Notes under the pieces: generated by a model
Told to the model about the DNA's origin: nothing
What the model saw: the letters and a program-made list of their open reading frames with translations, nothing else
Databases searched by the model: none
Position numbers and translations under genes: made by a program
In this document: one piece after another, positions 25,677-35,334 of the stretch
Numbering within the stretch: position 1 is the stretch's first letter
How the letters are laid out: each line of letters begins with the position of its first letter
Source: a virus
DNA length: 64,000 nucleotides
Virus record (IMG/VR): IMGVR_UViG_3300045988_121434
Coordinates: 32,001 to 96,000 of that record
Direction: 5' to 3' (one strand)

Positions 25677-26213
25677 CAAAAGTGCAAACTATGCACTTTT
25701 TGTAACTCGTTGTTTTTATGCACTCTAACCTATCGCTTCGCGCCAAAAGTGCAAAGTTTCGCCTAAATCGGCTACTATGTATATAGTTTTTCGGGTATTC
25801 TTTTATTTCTCCAAAATCAAAATCCCCGAACCTCAAATATAAAGTTAGTAGCATTAACGGCATAGCCTTAAACTATTGATTTTCAATTAATAAAGTAATA
25901 GTGAAAAAAAGCAAGGAACTGCAAAAACGCTGATTTTTGGCTTAAAATGAATACATCTATTTATATGTTTGTTGTCTTTACGCTCCACGTATTTATAAGA
26001 AATAATTAAATTTTTGCACTTTTAATAAGTAAAGAGTTGAAAATCAGAAGAAAAATGCAATTTCTAAATTGCACAAATATGGTACAAAGCATACATTTCT
26101 GTTGCACTTTGGAGAGTGTTTTTGCACTTTGAAGGAAAAAGAATCCTGAAGGTGATTTTCATTTTTGCACTTTTGAGGTGTGTTTTGTACTTCTGTGAGC
26201 CAAAAGTGCAAAG
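25677..26213. repeat. iteron cluster (TTTTGCACTTT / AAAGTGCAAA), putative replication origin
   Basis: About 9 copies in both orientations. Forward copies: 25692, 26011, 26101, 26118, 26161, 26182 (variant). Reverse copies: 25679, 25745, 26202. There is also a TGCAATTT-N2-AAATTGCA palindrome at 26056-26073. The cluster is followed by an AT-rich stretch to 26357. Confidence 0.6.
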
Positions 26214-26357
26214 TTTTCTTTCGTGGTTTTTCATCTTCTTATTTCCATATAATAATTATTAAAAACATAACTAACATATAAAAAATATAACCCAACTATT
26301 GTTTATATAAGTTTTAATTATTAATTTTGCGATACTTAATTGATAAAGTAAGTATTT

Positions 26358-27455
26358 ATGTTCGATGAGTTATGTTCCATATATGCCGATGCGCTTGACA
26401 ATGAAGGTCGATATATAGATCAGGAGACTGGCGAGCGTATCCAGCAAATGACTATCCGGGAGTTTTGTCTGTCGGACAGATGGAAGCCTTGCGTTGAGAA
26501 ACTTCGCGCCATGCGGCAGGAGTTTGGCGACAAGGCGAAGAAGATGCCGGAGTACATAGATACAAAGAAACGGTTGCCCGGAGCCACGTTGAGCGGTCTC
26601 TTCGCATTGTATGATGATGAGTGCATCGCCAAGGATGGCCGCAAGTACATCAAGAAGGTGAGTCGCCGCGAGACCCACCTCCAGCAACACACTGGATGGT
26701 TGGCTATCGACATCGACCTTGCCGACAACAAGCACCTCACCAATTTTGAGAATGTGCGGATGGTGTGTCAGTTTCGTCCGGAAATAGCGTTGCTCATGCG
26801 GTCGTGCTCGGGCGTAGGTTACTTCGGACTTGTGCGGCTTGCTTATCCCGATAGGCACAAGGAGCAGTTCAAGGCATTACTCAAAGAGTATGCAGCTATT
26901 GGCATAATGCTCGACAAGCAATGCGGCAATATCGGACGTGTGCGCTTTGCGTCGTGGGACGAGCAAGCGCATATATACATTAATCCGCAGGCTGTGGCTT
27001 ATAAGGGTGTGGAAACTGAGACACCGCAAATAACACCACGAAGCACAATGGGGTGTTATTCTTCAAATTATATCCGTCATGGTCTTAACCTTGGGAATAA
27101 TCCTTTTGGCAGAAGAGAAACGGGAGTCTTTTGGGAAGATCCGCGAGTGCAAGACCGTTTGATTGAGGTTGTCGTGAAGGCTATGGTCAGTCGCAGGGTG
27201 AATATCACTGAGGACTATGATGATTGGTGCAAGGCAGGTTGGGCGTTGAAAGGACATCCATACGGTGAGCGGTTATTCCATGAGCTTTCGGCTTGCAGTC
27301 AGAAATATAATGCAGTCAATACCACATTGAAGTGGCGGCAACTCGGACAGAGTAACACCGTAACCGGCAATTACTTAATCCACGCTTGCAAGCAGAGCCT
27401 CGGAGAAGGCACTTACAGAGAACTTTGCCGTCAGGTGTGGAATGAACTAAAATAA
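26358..27455 (+). CDS. BT4734/VirE_N-like (primase-polymerase-like) replication initiation protein
   Basis: The pattern LPGATLSGLF ... TGWLAIDIDL ... SCSGVGYFGLV ... IGRVRFASWD matches my memory of the BT4734-like N-terminal domain. It lies directly downstream of the iterons. Confidence 0.55.
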   Translation: MFDELCSIYADALDNEGRYIDQETGERIQQMTIREFCLSDRWKPCVEKLRAMRQEFGDKAKKMPEYIDTKKRLPGATLSGLFALYDDECIAKDGRKYIKKVSRRETHLQQHTGWLAIDIDLADNKHLTNFENVRMVCQFRPEIALLMRSCSGVGYFGLVRLAYPDRHKEQFKALLKEYAAIGIMLDKQCGNIGRVRFASWDEQAHIYINPQAVAYKGVETETPQITPRSTMGCYSSNYIRHGLNLGNNPFGRRETGVFWEDPRVQDRLIEVVVKAMVSRRVNITEDYDDWCKAGWALKGHPYGERLFHELSACSQKYNAVNTTLKWRQLGQSNTVTGNYLIHACKQSLGEGTYRELCRQVWNELK

Positions 27456-27462
27456 ATGAGAT

Positions 27463-27975
27463 ATGCAACTGATAACCATAACAGGCTCCAGTGGGGTAGG
27501 CAAGGACACCGTGGCGCGTATGCTGTCGGAAATGACGGGCATACCTGTGCTGTGTTCCTATACCACACGTTCGAAGCGTGATGGTGAGATGAACGGCAAA
27601 GAGCATTACTTTGTAAAGGAGTGCAATGTGCCACAAAGCGAGATGCTTGCCTATACCAAGTATGGAGGCTATGAGTATTGGACGTGTGTAGACCAGATAA
27701 ATGACTCGGCTATTTATGTGATAGACGAGGACGGAATGCGTGAGTTATACCGTAGGTTTCCACAAATGCCCACCGTGCATATATATGTCAATGCCACTGC
27801 GGAGGACTTACAAGCGCGAGGCATATCGGCGGAGCGCATAGCGCGAGACGCGGACAGGCAGACACTGCCCGAAAGTTTCTATCAATACACCATTCATAAT
27901 GTAGGCACGAAAACGGAACTTAAACGCATCGTGCGCTGCTGTGTGGATTGGATGAAAATGAAGGGATTTTTATAG
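27463..27975 (+). CDS. guanylate-kinase-like nucleoside monophosphate kinase
   Basis: It has a P-loop (ITGSSGVGKDT) followed by YTTRSKRDGEMNGKEHYFV. Confidence 0.7.
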   Translation: MQLITITGSSGVGKDTVARMLSEMTGIPVLCSYTTRSKRDGEMNGKEHYFVKECNVPQSEMLAYTKYGGYEYWTCVDQINDSAIYVIDEDGMRELYRRFPQMPTVHIYVNATAEDLQARGISAERIARDADRQTLPESFYQYTIHNVGTKTELKRIVRCCVDWMKMKGFL

Positions 27976-28063
27976 GTGAATCGCAAGGTATCATGCGGGA
28001 TGAGTACGATATAAGTACGACGTGAGTACAGCATGAGGGGTTATCCACGAAATACAAATTACA

Positions 28064-28420
28064 ATGGCAAAAGCAAGACCGACACCAACCATATCTTCCA
28101 TATCTGGTAAGCTCAGCCGCAGGGACAGGATGTATATCCGTACTAACAGACATACAGGAAGAATTTTTATCGTGTGTGTGGAGAATTCTCATAAAGGTCC
28201 GTGGAGTGAGGCACAGGTTGCCAACCGCAAGCATTTTGCCCAAATCAGTAAGACGGCTTCGCAATGGTTGAAAGACAATGATCCGAAACGCAATGGCGGA
28301 ACCTGCACGACTGAGTACAAGGCTATGCTCCGCAAGTATAATGCACAACACAGGATTGGCAATATATTCGCTTTCGTGGCGAAGCATTATCGTGATGGAG
28401 AGATAATTTCTTTTTTATGA
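28064..28420 (+). CDS. hypothetical protein, paralogue of 61754..62197
   Basis: The two share the motifs ISGKL and AQH(R/K)IGN..(F/S)F. Confidence 0.5.
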   Translation: MAKARPTPTISSISGKLSRRDRMYIRTNRHTGRIFIVCVENSHKGPWSEAQVANRKHFAQISKTASQWLKDNDPKRNGGTCTTEYKAMLRKYNAQHRIGNIFAFVAKHYRDGEIISFL

Positions 28421-28456
28421 TTTACACCCTAAACAATAAATTAAGATATACGAGCA

Positions 28457-29356
28457 ATGAATTTCATACAACCAAAGGTAGAGTGGTGGCAGCAGCAGAC
28501 GATGGCGCAGCACATAGCGCGTGTCGGCAGAATATGCTACAAGAGCCGGGGCAAGGAGCCCGACCCCGAAATGAGCGAGGAGGAACGTGTGGCGTTCATC
28601 AAGAAACGCGACGAGGACAGATGCAAGTCGTTCTGGGAGTCGGGCCATAGGTCGATGTACCGCCATGGCGCGGCATACTTCTTCGTGCCCAACGAAAAGA
28701 AGTTGTATGTGATATATGTGTGGTCGCTGTTGCAGGCCTCGCCATACGTTGATTATGCCGTGGAGGAAAACAAGGTGTGGATAAGTACCAATTTGCAGTT
28801 TCTCAGCGAGCGACCGCAGGTGATGCAGTTGCTCATGCCGTTTGGCGTGAGCGAGGAGGAGTTTATCAAGAAGGCACTGAAGTACAAGTGTGATGATGCA
28901 CTTTGGATATTGCGTATGACCTTCGTTGTTACCACACAGATAAGCACCTCGCGCGAGTTGAACCGCACATCGCCCAATGCCATTGCCGAGCAGAGCACAC
29001 GCTACTGCAACTTAGAGAAGAAAGACGGCGTGCAGATAGCCGAGCCGTATTGGTATGAGACAGGCACACGCTGGCAGCGTTTTCTCTTTAAGGCAGGGTG
29101 CGGCTTGGCATCGTGGATTTACGGCAGACTGCTCAAAGCCGGACTCCGACCGCAGGATGCACGCGGCATTCTCCCGCTTGACACCTATACCGTGGTGGCA
29201 TACACTTACAACCTCTTGGAATGGAAGCATATCCTTGAATTGCGCTTTCACGAAAAGACCGGCAAGGCACATCCCAATGCCCGTTTTGTAGGTGGTGAGA
29301 TACGCCACGCCATTACGGAGCGGATGAAAGAATACATCAAAGATTTTGAGATTTAA
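28457..29356 (+). CDS. thyX: ThyX-like flavin-dependent thymidylate synthase homologue (divergent signature)
   Basis: It has the length and layout of ThyX, with ...AEQSTRY and DARGILPL motifs. The canonical RHRxxS is replaced by ELNRTS. Confidence 0.65.
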   Translation: MNFIQPKVEWWQQQTMAQHIARVGRICYKSRGKEPDPEMSEEERVAFIKKRDEDRCKSFWESGHRSMYRHGAAYFFVPNEKKLYVIYVWSLLQASPYVDYAVEENKVWISTNLQFLSERPQVMQLLMPFGVSEEEFIKKALKYKCDDALWILRMTFVVTTQISTSRELNRTSPNAIAEQSTRYCNLEKKDGVQIAEPYWYETGTRWQRFLFKAGCGLASWIYGRLLKAGLRPQDARGILPLDTYTVVAYTYNLLEWKHILELRFHEKTGKAHPNARFVGGEIRHAITERMKEYIKDFEI

Positions 29357-29385
29357 ACCAAATAGTTGAACGTAAAGCTAAAAAT

Positions 29386-29778
29386 ATGGAACAACTTACA
29401 TTGAACGAATACCAGCAGAAGGCAATGACCACCTGTATGCCCACCTGCAACAACATCGCCTACATGACCATGAACCTCTGCGGAGAGGTGGGCGAACTTC
29501 ACTCCAAGCTCGCCAAGGCTATCCGCAAGGGCAAACTGTTTATCGGTACAAGCGACCGCGACAAGAACGGTGAGCGTATTATGACGCAGACCTTCTACAA
29601 TATGAGTGAAGAGGAAATCAAGGACATTGAGAAAGAGTGTGGTGATGTGATGTGGCAGATAGCCGGTGTGTGCTCCGTGCTTGGTTTTAACCTGGAGAAA
29701 ATTTGCCTACAAAATCTTGAAAAGTTGCAGTCGCGCCAGCAGCGCGGAGTTATTGACGGAAACGGAGACAACCGCTGA
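29386..29778 (+). CDS. MazG-like nucleoside triphosphate pyrophosphohydrolase
   Basis: LNEYQQKAMTT ... GEVGELHSKLAKAIRKG ... ECGDVMWQIAGV matches the all-alpha NTP-PPase pattern. Confidence 0.75.
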   Translation: MEQLTLNEYQQKAMTTCMPTCNNIAYMTMNLCGEVGELHSKLAKAIRKGKLFIGTSDRDKNGERIMTQTFYNMSEEEIKDIEKECGDVMWQIAGVCSVLGFNLEKICLQNLEKLQSRQQRGVIDGNGDNR

Positions 29779-29935
29779 TGGCACGCCGCATCTACAAAAA
29801 AGACTGCCTATTCACAACCGAAGAAATAGACGAGTTCCACGCTATGCTGTATAGCGTGAACACGTCTTCCATTGCCCCTTCTGTGCCTGTTTCGTGGCTA
29901 AAAGGCTACCAAAATTACAGTAGCAAATATTGACA
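29777..29935 (+). CDS. small hypothetical ORF (52 aa)
   Basis: The ATG overlaps the MazG stop (TGATG). It is below the size cutoff of the ORF track. Confidence 0.3.
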
Positions 29936-30023
29936 ATAATAATGATTATGATAAATAAGCCCTTTTACCCATGAGCAAGAAGAATTACACTGAAATAAAC
30001 AAAAAGAAATAACCGTACATACT

Positions 30024-30758
30024 ATGCCCAATATCTATCTGCGCCTTCCCATGAGTCGCTGCCAGTATTTTCGCCACCGCGACCCGTGCCATACGCTTGC
30101 CAAGAACGAGCCTGTGGTGTTCAATGCGTATATGCCGGAATACTTCGCCATGCGCAACTCGCTCACCAATGCCGGGGCTGTTGCGCAGAAGGTGAACATG
30201 CAATGCTTCTCTCACCAGCAATGGCAGAACATGCTGAACGGGCGGCATCCGTTGGGCAGTAACGTAATATTGAACCGCAATCCGAAAGATTATCTTACCT
30301 TTGCGGAGGTGCAGTATCTCAACGGAGCCACCGAATACAGCAAGAGCGACAACGAGGATTATCTTTGCGTGAAACTGCCCACGGAGATAGAGGTGGTTGA
30401 CACCGTGCGAGTGATTACTCCTACGTGGAACCTCGACCGCCACGGCATATACAAGTTGATTGAATTGCTCAACAACGACTTCAAGCGCAGTGTCGTGGAA
30501 TGGGTGCTGTCTACCTTCGATTATTGCACTGCCAACGGCAAGATTATCGCCCGGAGTAAGGCGGCAATGCTGGAGCGTTTTCTTATGCGCTACGGCATAG
30601 ACCCGTCTACGGAGGAGAAGGACAACATGCGCCGCGTGATAGAGCGATGGCTGAAGTCTGAGCACAGTTTCTTCCGCTCATATTCGTGCTTGGATATGCA
30701 GTATGAGGATGGTGGCGAGCGACAGCACCATATCGACGAAATACAATGGTTAAGTTAG
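30024..30758 (+). CDS. hypothetical protein (244 aa)
   Basis: ORF only. Confidence 0.5.
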   Translation: MPNIYLRLPMSRCQYFRHRDPCHTLAKNEPVVFNAYMPEYFAMRNSLTNAGAVAQKVNMQCFSHQQWQNMLNGRHPLGSNVILNRNPKDYLTFAEVQYLNGATEYSKSDNEDYLCVKLPTEIEVVDTVRVITPTWNLDRHGIYKLIELLNNDFKRSVVEWVLSTFDYCTANGKIIARSKAAMLERFLMRYGIDPSTEEKDNMRRVIERWLKSEHSFFRSYSCLDMQYEDGGERQHHIDEIQWLS

Positions 30759-30824
30759 ATATTGTATATGAATGTTAATCATAAGATTAAAGCATGTTAA
30801 AACATATCCCAAATTAGAAATTAT

Positions 30825-31322
30825 ATGATTTTACCCGAAAACTGCAAGGAAATATTCCTCGAAGGCGTGACAGATGCCTATATCTACCCCACGGCAAATG
30901 CCGTGTTGCCTGTGCCGTTTGCCGTGGCGCAGATACTCAGCATGAACAACTGCAAGTTGGGCGATGCGCTCCTGCATATCGCCACAGCCGGAGAAATCTA
31001 CGTTGTGGCGGATACGCTATCGGCGAAGTCTACCTCGGCGAGAAACGGCAATGGCATCGTCTTTTCCCTCGAAATAAGCGCGACAATAATCGAAGACAAA
31101 GAAAATGTGCGTGAAACACGACGAAAAATCGCCATTGAGGGCGATGATTACTATGTTGTGCTGAAACGTGAGGATGGCACTCTCTATCTGTGCTACACCC
31201 TGCCCGGCACATTCGTCTTCAATGCAAGTAACAGCATAACGCAGACGAGCGAGCAAGTGTCGCTCACAATATCCATGAAGTCGATGTCGGACTTCATTCC
31301 TATAACAATACAGGAGAGCTAA
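30825..31322 (+). CDS. hypothetical protein (165 aa)
   Basis: ORF only. Confidence 0.5.
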   Translation: MILPENCKEIFLEGVTDAYIYPTANAVLPVPFAVAQILSMNNCKLGDALLHIATAGEIYVVADTLSAKSTSARNGNGIVFSLEISATIIEDKENVRETRRKIAIEGDDYYVVLKREDGTLYLCYTLPGTFVFNASNSITQTSEQVSLTISMKSMSDFIPITIQES

Positions 31323-31347
31323 GAACTTCTTTTGAATATATGTACGG

Positions 31348-31382
31348 AATGCCGTTACTCGCGAAAGTGGCGGCATTTTTTT
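31348..31382 (+). terminator. rho-independent terminator
   Basis: AATGCCG (31348-54) pairs with CGGCATT (31371-77), followed by a T7 run. Confidence 0.6.
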
Positions 31383-31389
31383 GTCCCTA

Positions 31390-31416
31390 TTTGCGCCAGT
31401 TGCTTTGTTACTTTTG
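31390..31416 (+). promoter_or_regulatory. Bacteroides-type promoter (TTTG ... TACTTTTG) ahead of the head module
   Basis: TTTG at 31390-93 and TAnnTTTG at 31409-16, ~75 nt upstream of the ATG at 31493. Confidence 0.4.
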
Positions 31417-31492
31417 CAGAAGACAATTTTAGGACATTTCCCACAGGTAAAGGGATTGTATTTGGGATAACAACATAAACACAAGTTTAATA

Positions 31493-33127
31493 ATGAAAGG
31501 TCTTTATGAGATATTAACTGAAAAGACATGGATGGTCCGTCCCGATTTTGTTCACGGCATACGCAAGGCTTTGGAACAGAACCTGAACACCCATGCGGCT
31601 TTCAGCAAGCCCGAAAAGCAGTGCGGCTTCGTTACTGCCGTGGCTGCTGACGGCACGGTGTACTACCCGGAGGAATATCAGATTTCCGAGGATGGCAAGC
31701 AGGTGAAGGGCAACTGGGCTTTGGGCTATGAGAAGGAGCAGACATTTCCTTTCGTTTCGGTCTTGACTATCGACGGCCCGATTACCCGCAATGGTGGGGG
31801 ATGCTCGTATGGCTCTATCGATCACCGCGACATGATGATGCGTGCAGCCGACCATCCGCTTTGCTGCGGTCACGTGTTCATCATCAACACACCCGGTGGT
31901 TCGGCATGGGCAAAGAACGACTATCAGCAGGCTATTGACTATGCACATTCCAAGGGGCAGAAAGTTTTGGCTTTTATTGACGGCATGTGCGCCTCGGTTG
32001 GTATGTACCTCGCTGCGCTTTGTGATGAACGCTACTTCATGCACCCGAAGGACGAGATAGGTTGCATCGGCGTGATGGCAGCTTTCTATACCGAGGCAGA
32101 CGGAAGTACCAACAAGTTCACCAACGAGACCTATCATGAGCTTTACGACCCGGAGTCGTTTGACAAGAACCGTAAGTTCCGCGATATTGCCAACGACGGC
32201 AAGACGGAGGCTTTGGTCAAAGAACTTGCCGAGCTTGGTGTGGAGTTCCGTGCCGATGTAAAAGCCGCTTGCCCCAACGCCAAGGACGAGCATCTGCATG
32301 GCAAGGTGTTCAATGCCGAGGATGTTACGGGCATTCTTGTGGATGGTCAGTCAGACTTTATGCTGGTTGTTCAGCGTGCGTTTGCTCTGCACAATGGCAC
32401 GGCACAGCCTATCGAGCGCAACACGCCCAACGAGGAGCCGGAGCCAACGCCCGAACCGAGCAAAGAACCCGAAAACGCAACCAACACAAAAACTTTTATC
32501 AATATGCAGAATTATCCCCTTATCAATGCCGCTTGCGGATTGGAGGCTGGTGAGATTGCCGTGAAAGAGGAAGGCGCGTTTATGAACGCCCAGCTTCTTG
32601 ACAACCTTGAAGCCAACATGAATGCAAGCGCACAGAAGGTGGCCGATGCAGAGCAGAAAGCCACCACAGCGGAGCAGTCTCTCGCGAAATTGCAGAGCAA
32701 GTTTGACGAAATCTCCGCGCAGCTCACAGCAGCCAACGAAGCCAAGGCAGTCGCAGAAAAGGCACTTGCTGACGCAAACGAGGCTCACACCAAGGAAATC
32801 GAAACGCTCAACGCCCAGCACTCCGAGGCCGTAGCCAGGAAGGACGCGGAGATTGCTTCTCTCACTGAAGGCAAGACAAAGGCAGAAGCCGATCTCAAAG
32901 GTGCGCAGGACGCGCTCGCCACAGCCGAGCAGACTATCGTCGACAAGGACGCGCAGATAGCATCGCTCACCAACGAGACGGGCAATGAGCTGGAGGCTGG
33001 CGAAGCTCCTTCCAACAACGGTGAGGGCGCAAAGAAGCAAAACCTCCGCGAGTTCGACCCTTCGCTCTATAAGACTAATACAGAGCGCAAGGCAGCGTTT
33101 GAGCGTTTCAAGCGTGGTGAGGAATAA
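31493..33127 (+). CDS. S49-family (SppA/ClpP-like) prohead protease fused to a coiled-coil scaffold-like C-terminus
   Basis: The peptidase core is INTPGGSAWAKNDY...FIDGMCASVGMYLAALCDERY. The C-terminal ~200 aa is Ala/Glu/Lys-rich coiled coil. Confidence 0.8.
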   Translation: MKGLYEILTEKTWMVRPDFVHGIRKALEQNLNTHAAFSKPEKQCGFVTAVAADGTVYYPEEYQISEDGKQVKGNWALGYEKEQTFPFVSVLTIDGPITRNGGGCSYGSIDHRDMMMRAADHPLCCGHVFIINTPGGSAWAKNDYQQAIDYAHSKGQKVLAFIDGMCASVGMYLAALCDERYFMHPKDEIGCIGVMAAFYTEADGSTNKFTNETYHELYDPESFDKNRKFRDIANDGKTEALVKELAELGVEFRADVKAACPNAKDEHLHGKVFNAEDVTGILVDGQSDFMLVVQRAFALHNGTAQPIERNTPNEEPEPTPEPSKEPENATNTKTFINMQNYPLINAACGLEAGEIAVKEEGAFMNAQLLDNLEANMNASAQKVADAEQKATTAEQSLAKLQSKFDEISAQLTAANEAKAVAEKALADANEAHTKEIETLNAQHSEAVARKDAEIASLTEGKTKAEADLKGAQDALATAEQTIVDKDAQIASLTNETGNELEAGEAPSNNGEGAKKQNLREFDPSLYKTNTERKAAFERFKRGEE

Positions 33128-33200
33128 CACGTTCCCCGACCAACACAAAAACTAAGAGTTCTTTTCATCAAGTATTTAACAACACAAACACAAAAACACA

Positions 33201-34499
33201 ATGGCAAAACTTCCTGAAAATTTTATCGGCACTGAGGCTCTTGAGCATGTAGCCGAGCAGGTTAGCAAGGAAATTCTTATGGGTCCGGGCTATACCGACG
33301 CTGAGGAAATGGACCGCCTCGGTATCGACATCGTGAGCGGCATCCAGTTCAAGCGTACCTTCCACATTTTGCTTCGCAAGGGCGGCACTACTCGCCGTAA
33401 GGATGTTCACACTAAGGTGAACAGCGAGGCTGGTTTCCTCAAGGAGCGCACGTTGACCGTGAAGCTCGCTTGGGATCATTTCACCGACAATGCCGACAAG
33501 TATTGTGAGACGGTATTCGGCACAGATGCACAGGGGCAGTATCCTCTCTCAACAGAGGCTGCTACTGCCGTGCTCACCAACTATGCCGACAACCTTACCG
33601 CTTGCTTGTGGAACGGTGATATTGACCTCGACAAGGGAGGTGAGTCTACTCCTGCCCACGATCAGGCTCTTGCTCTTTACGATGGTTTCCACACCTGCGT
33701 AAAGCACGACATCGAGGATGGCGTCATTAGCGAGGCTAACGGCAACCTTATCCCTTGCGACGCTATCGGTGCTCCTGCCAATACCGACGACACCACTCCA
33801 TACGACAACTTCATCGCTTGGCACCGCAAATGGGATGCTCGTCTTCGCAAGGTGAACACTCGTGTTTACATGAGTGAGGTAACGGCATTCAACATCGCAA
33901 GCGGTTATGCTAATAAGTATCACGGCAACTTCAAGGTGGAGTATGAGCAGGGTGGCAATTTTAAACTGCCTGGTCTGTCAAAGGTAACACTTTGTCCTAT
34001 CGCTGACTTCGGCGAGGGTGATCGCATGTACGCCACTATCGACAAGAACTTTGCATACGGTGTTGATACGCTCAACAACCAGACTTATGTCGGTGTGAAG
34101 GTTGGTACTGATGATGATATGCGTGATGTGCAGTTCCAGGTTCAGTCTATCCAGGGTGCCGGCATCAAGAATCCGTTTAAGTACGCTTTCTGTATGTCTG
34201 ACGGCAACCTTGCTACTACTGAATATGTGGCTGGCGACTACGACAACACCAACCTCGTTGTTACCATCGTTGATACCGACGGCAAGCCTGTAACTGATGG
34301 TTCCGTAACGGTGAACAGCACGAAGTACACTAAGCCTGTTGAGACTACCATCAACCAGGTGCTTACTCTCGTTGCAACTGACGGTTCTACCAACAAGTTC
34401 TCTCACTGGAGCAACGGCAAGACCGAGAAGACTATCTCGCTCACGGCTACAGGCATGAACATGGGTATCACAGCCTTCTTCAAGAAGAACGGCGACTAA
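33201..34499 (+). CDS. major capsid protein with C-terminal Ig-like/decoration domain
   Basis: The 432-aa ORF lies immediately after the protease-scaffold gene. Its C-terminal ~85 aa is a beta-rich module (VTIVDTDGKPVTDGSVTVN...FSHWSNGKTE). Confidence 0.65.
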   Translation: MAKLPENFIGTEALEHVAEQVSKEILMGPGYTDAEEMDRLGIDIVSGIQFKRTFHILLRKGGTTRRKDVHTKVNSEAGFLKERTLTVKLAWDHFTDNADKYCETVFGTDAQGQYPLSTEAATAVLTNYADNLTACLWNGDIDLDKGGESTPAHDQALALYDGFHTCVKHDIEDGVISEANGNLIPCDAIGAPANTDDTTPYDNFIAWHRKWDARLRKVNTRVYMSEVTAFNIASGYANKYHGNFKVEYEQGGNFKLPGLSKVTLCPIADFGEGDRMYATIDKNFAYGVDTLNNQTYVGVKVGTDDDMRDVQFQVQSIQGAGIKNPFKYAFCMSDGNLATTEYVAGDYDNTNLVVTIVDTDGKPVTDGSVTVNSTKYTKPVETTINQVLTLVATDGSTNKFSHWSNGKTEKTISLTATGMNMGITAFFKKNGD

Positions 34500-34532
34500 C
34501 CTCGGCTTTTCATAAAGCTCTATAAATCCTAT

Positions 34533-34585
34533 GGTGGTGGGTAACTTGCCCCGACGGAACATAGTCAACCGCCACCTTTATTTTT
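34533..34585 (+). terminator. hairpin plus T-run after the capsid gene
   Basis: GGTGGTGG pairs with CCGCCACC (one G-U pair), followed by TTTATTTTT. Confidence 0.4.
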
Positions 34586-34614
34586 AACAACACAAACACG
34601 AAAACGATACAATT

Positions 34615-35169
34615 ATGACAGAACAAGTAACTTGCCCACAGCCAGTTGACTTCTTGAACGATGACGAGTGCCTGGAGAATCTTGCAGGTCTTGGCGGCAC
34701 TATCTACATCGGTATCAAGAGTGAGTTGAAGTCTCCGCTTATTGCTACGGAGAACAACTATTCTACACCAGAGTTTGACAGCGGTAAGGGTCTTTTTAAG
34801 GTGCAGTGTAAAGACGACTCACAGCAGATCCAGGGCTCATCTCTCGGCTATCGTAAGGGTTTTGAGCAGACTTGTACTTTCGTACTTGACTCTGTAAATG
34901 CAGCAGCCGGGAAGCTCGCCCGTGCCGTGAACAACCGCGACATTTTTATTATCGCAAAGGATAATAAGGTATCACAGATTATGTACGCCCCAGACCGCAA
35001 AATCAAGTTCGAATCGGGCGGCATCAAGACCGACACGGGAGCCAAGCCGGAGGATGACCGTACAACGACATTCGAGGCAAAACTTTCACCAGTAGAGTTC
35101 CCGAACTATTACGTTACAGAGCCTACTGCTGGTGGTTGGGATTCTCTCCTCGCTAACAAGGGGGAATAG
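34615..35169 (+). CDS. virion-module protein (184 aa), possible frameshift-extended isoform to 35294
   Basis: The ORF is followed by 126 nt open in the -1 frame, up to a strong terminator. Confidence 0.55.
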   Translation: MTEQVTCPQPVDFLNDDECLENLAGLGGTIYIGIKSELKSPLIATENNYSTPEFDSGKGLFKVQCKDDSQQIQGSSLGYRKGFEQTCTFVLDSVNAAAGKLARAVNNRDIFIIAKDNKVSQIMYAPDRKIKFESGGIKTDTGAKPEDDRTTTFEAKLSPVEFPNYYVTEPTAGGWDSLLANKGE

Positions 35170-35334
35170 TCAGCGGGTCTGACAAGAGCGAGACGAAACC
35201 CGCTAAACAATCTCTCGACAATGCTGATGCAGACTTCTTCAGTAGTGAAAGCGAAACAGAAGTAAGCACTACGGCAAAGGAGAGCAAGAAGTAATCGCTC
35301 ACATCTGGAAAAGAAACTTTTGTCCATAAATAGG

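Noticed and set aside
25677-26213. The repeat cluster as a CRISPR array.
   Set aside because: The repeats are only ~11 nt, occur in both orientations and are irregularly spaced. There are no cas genes. The pattern fits iterons.
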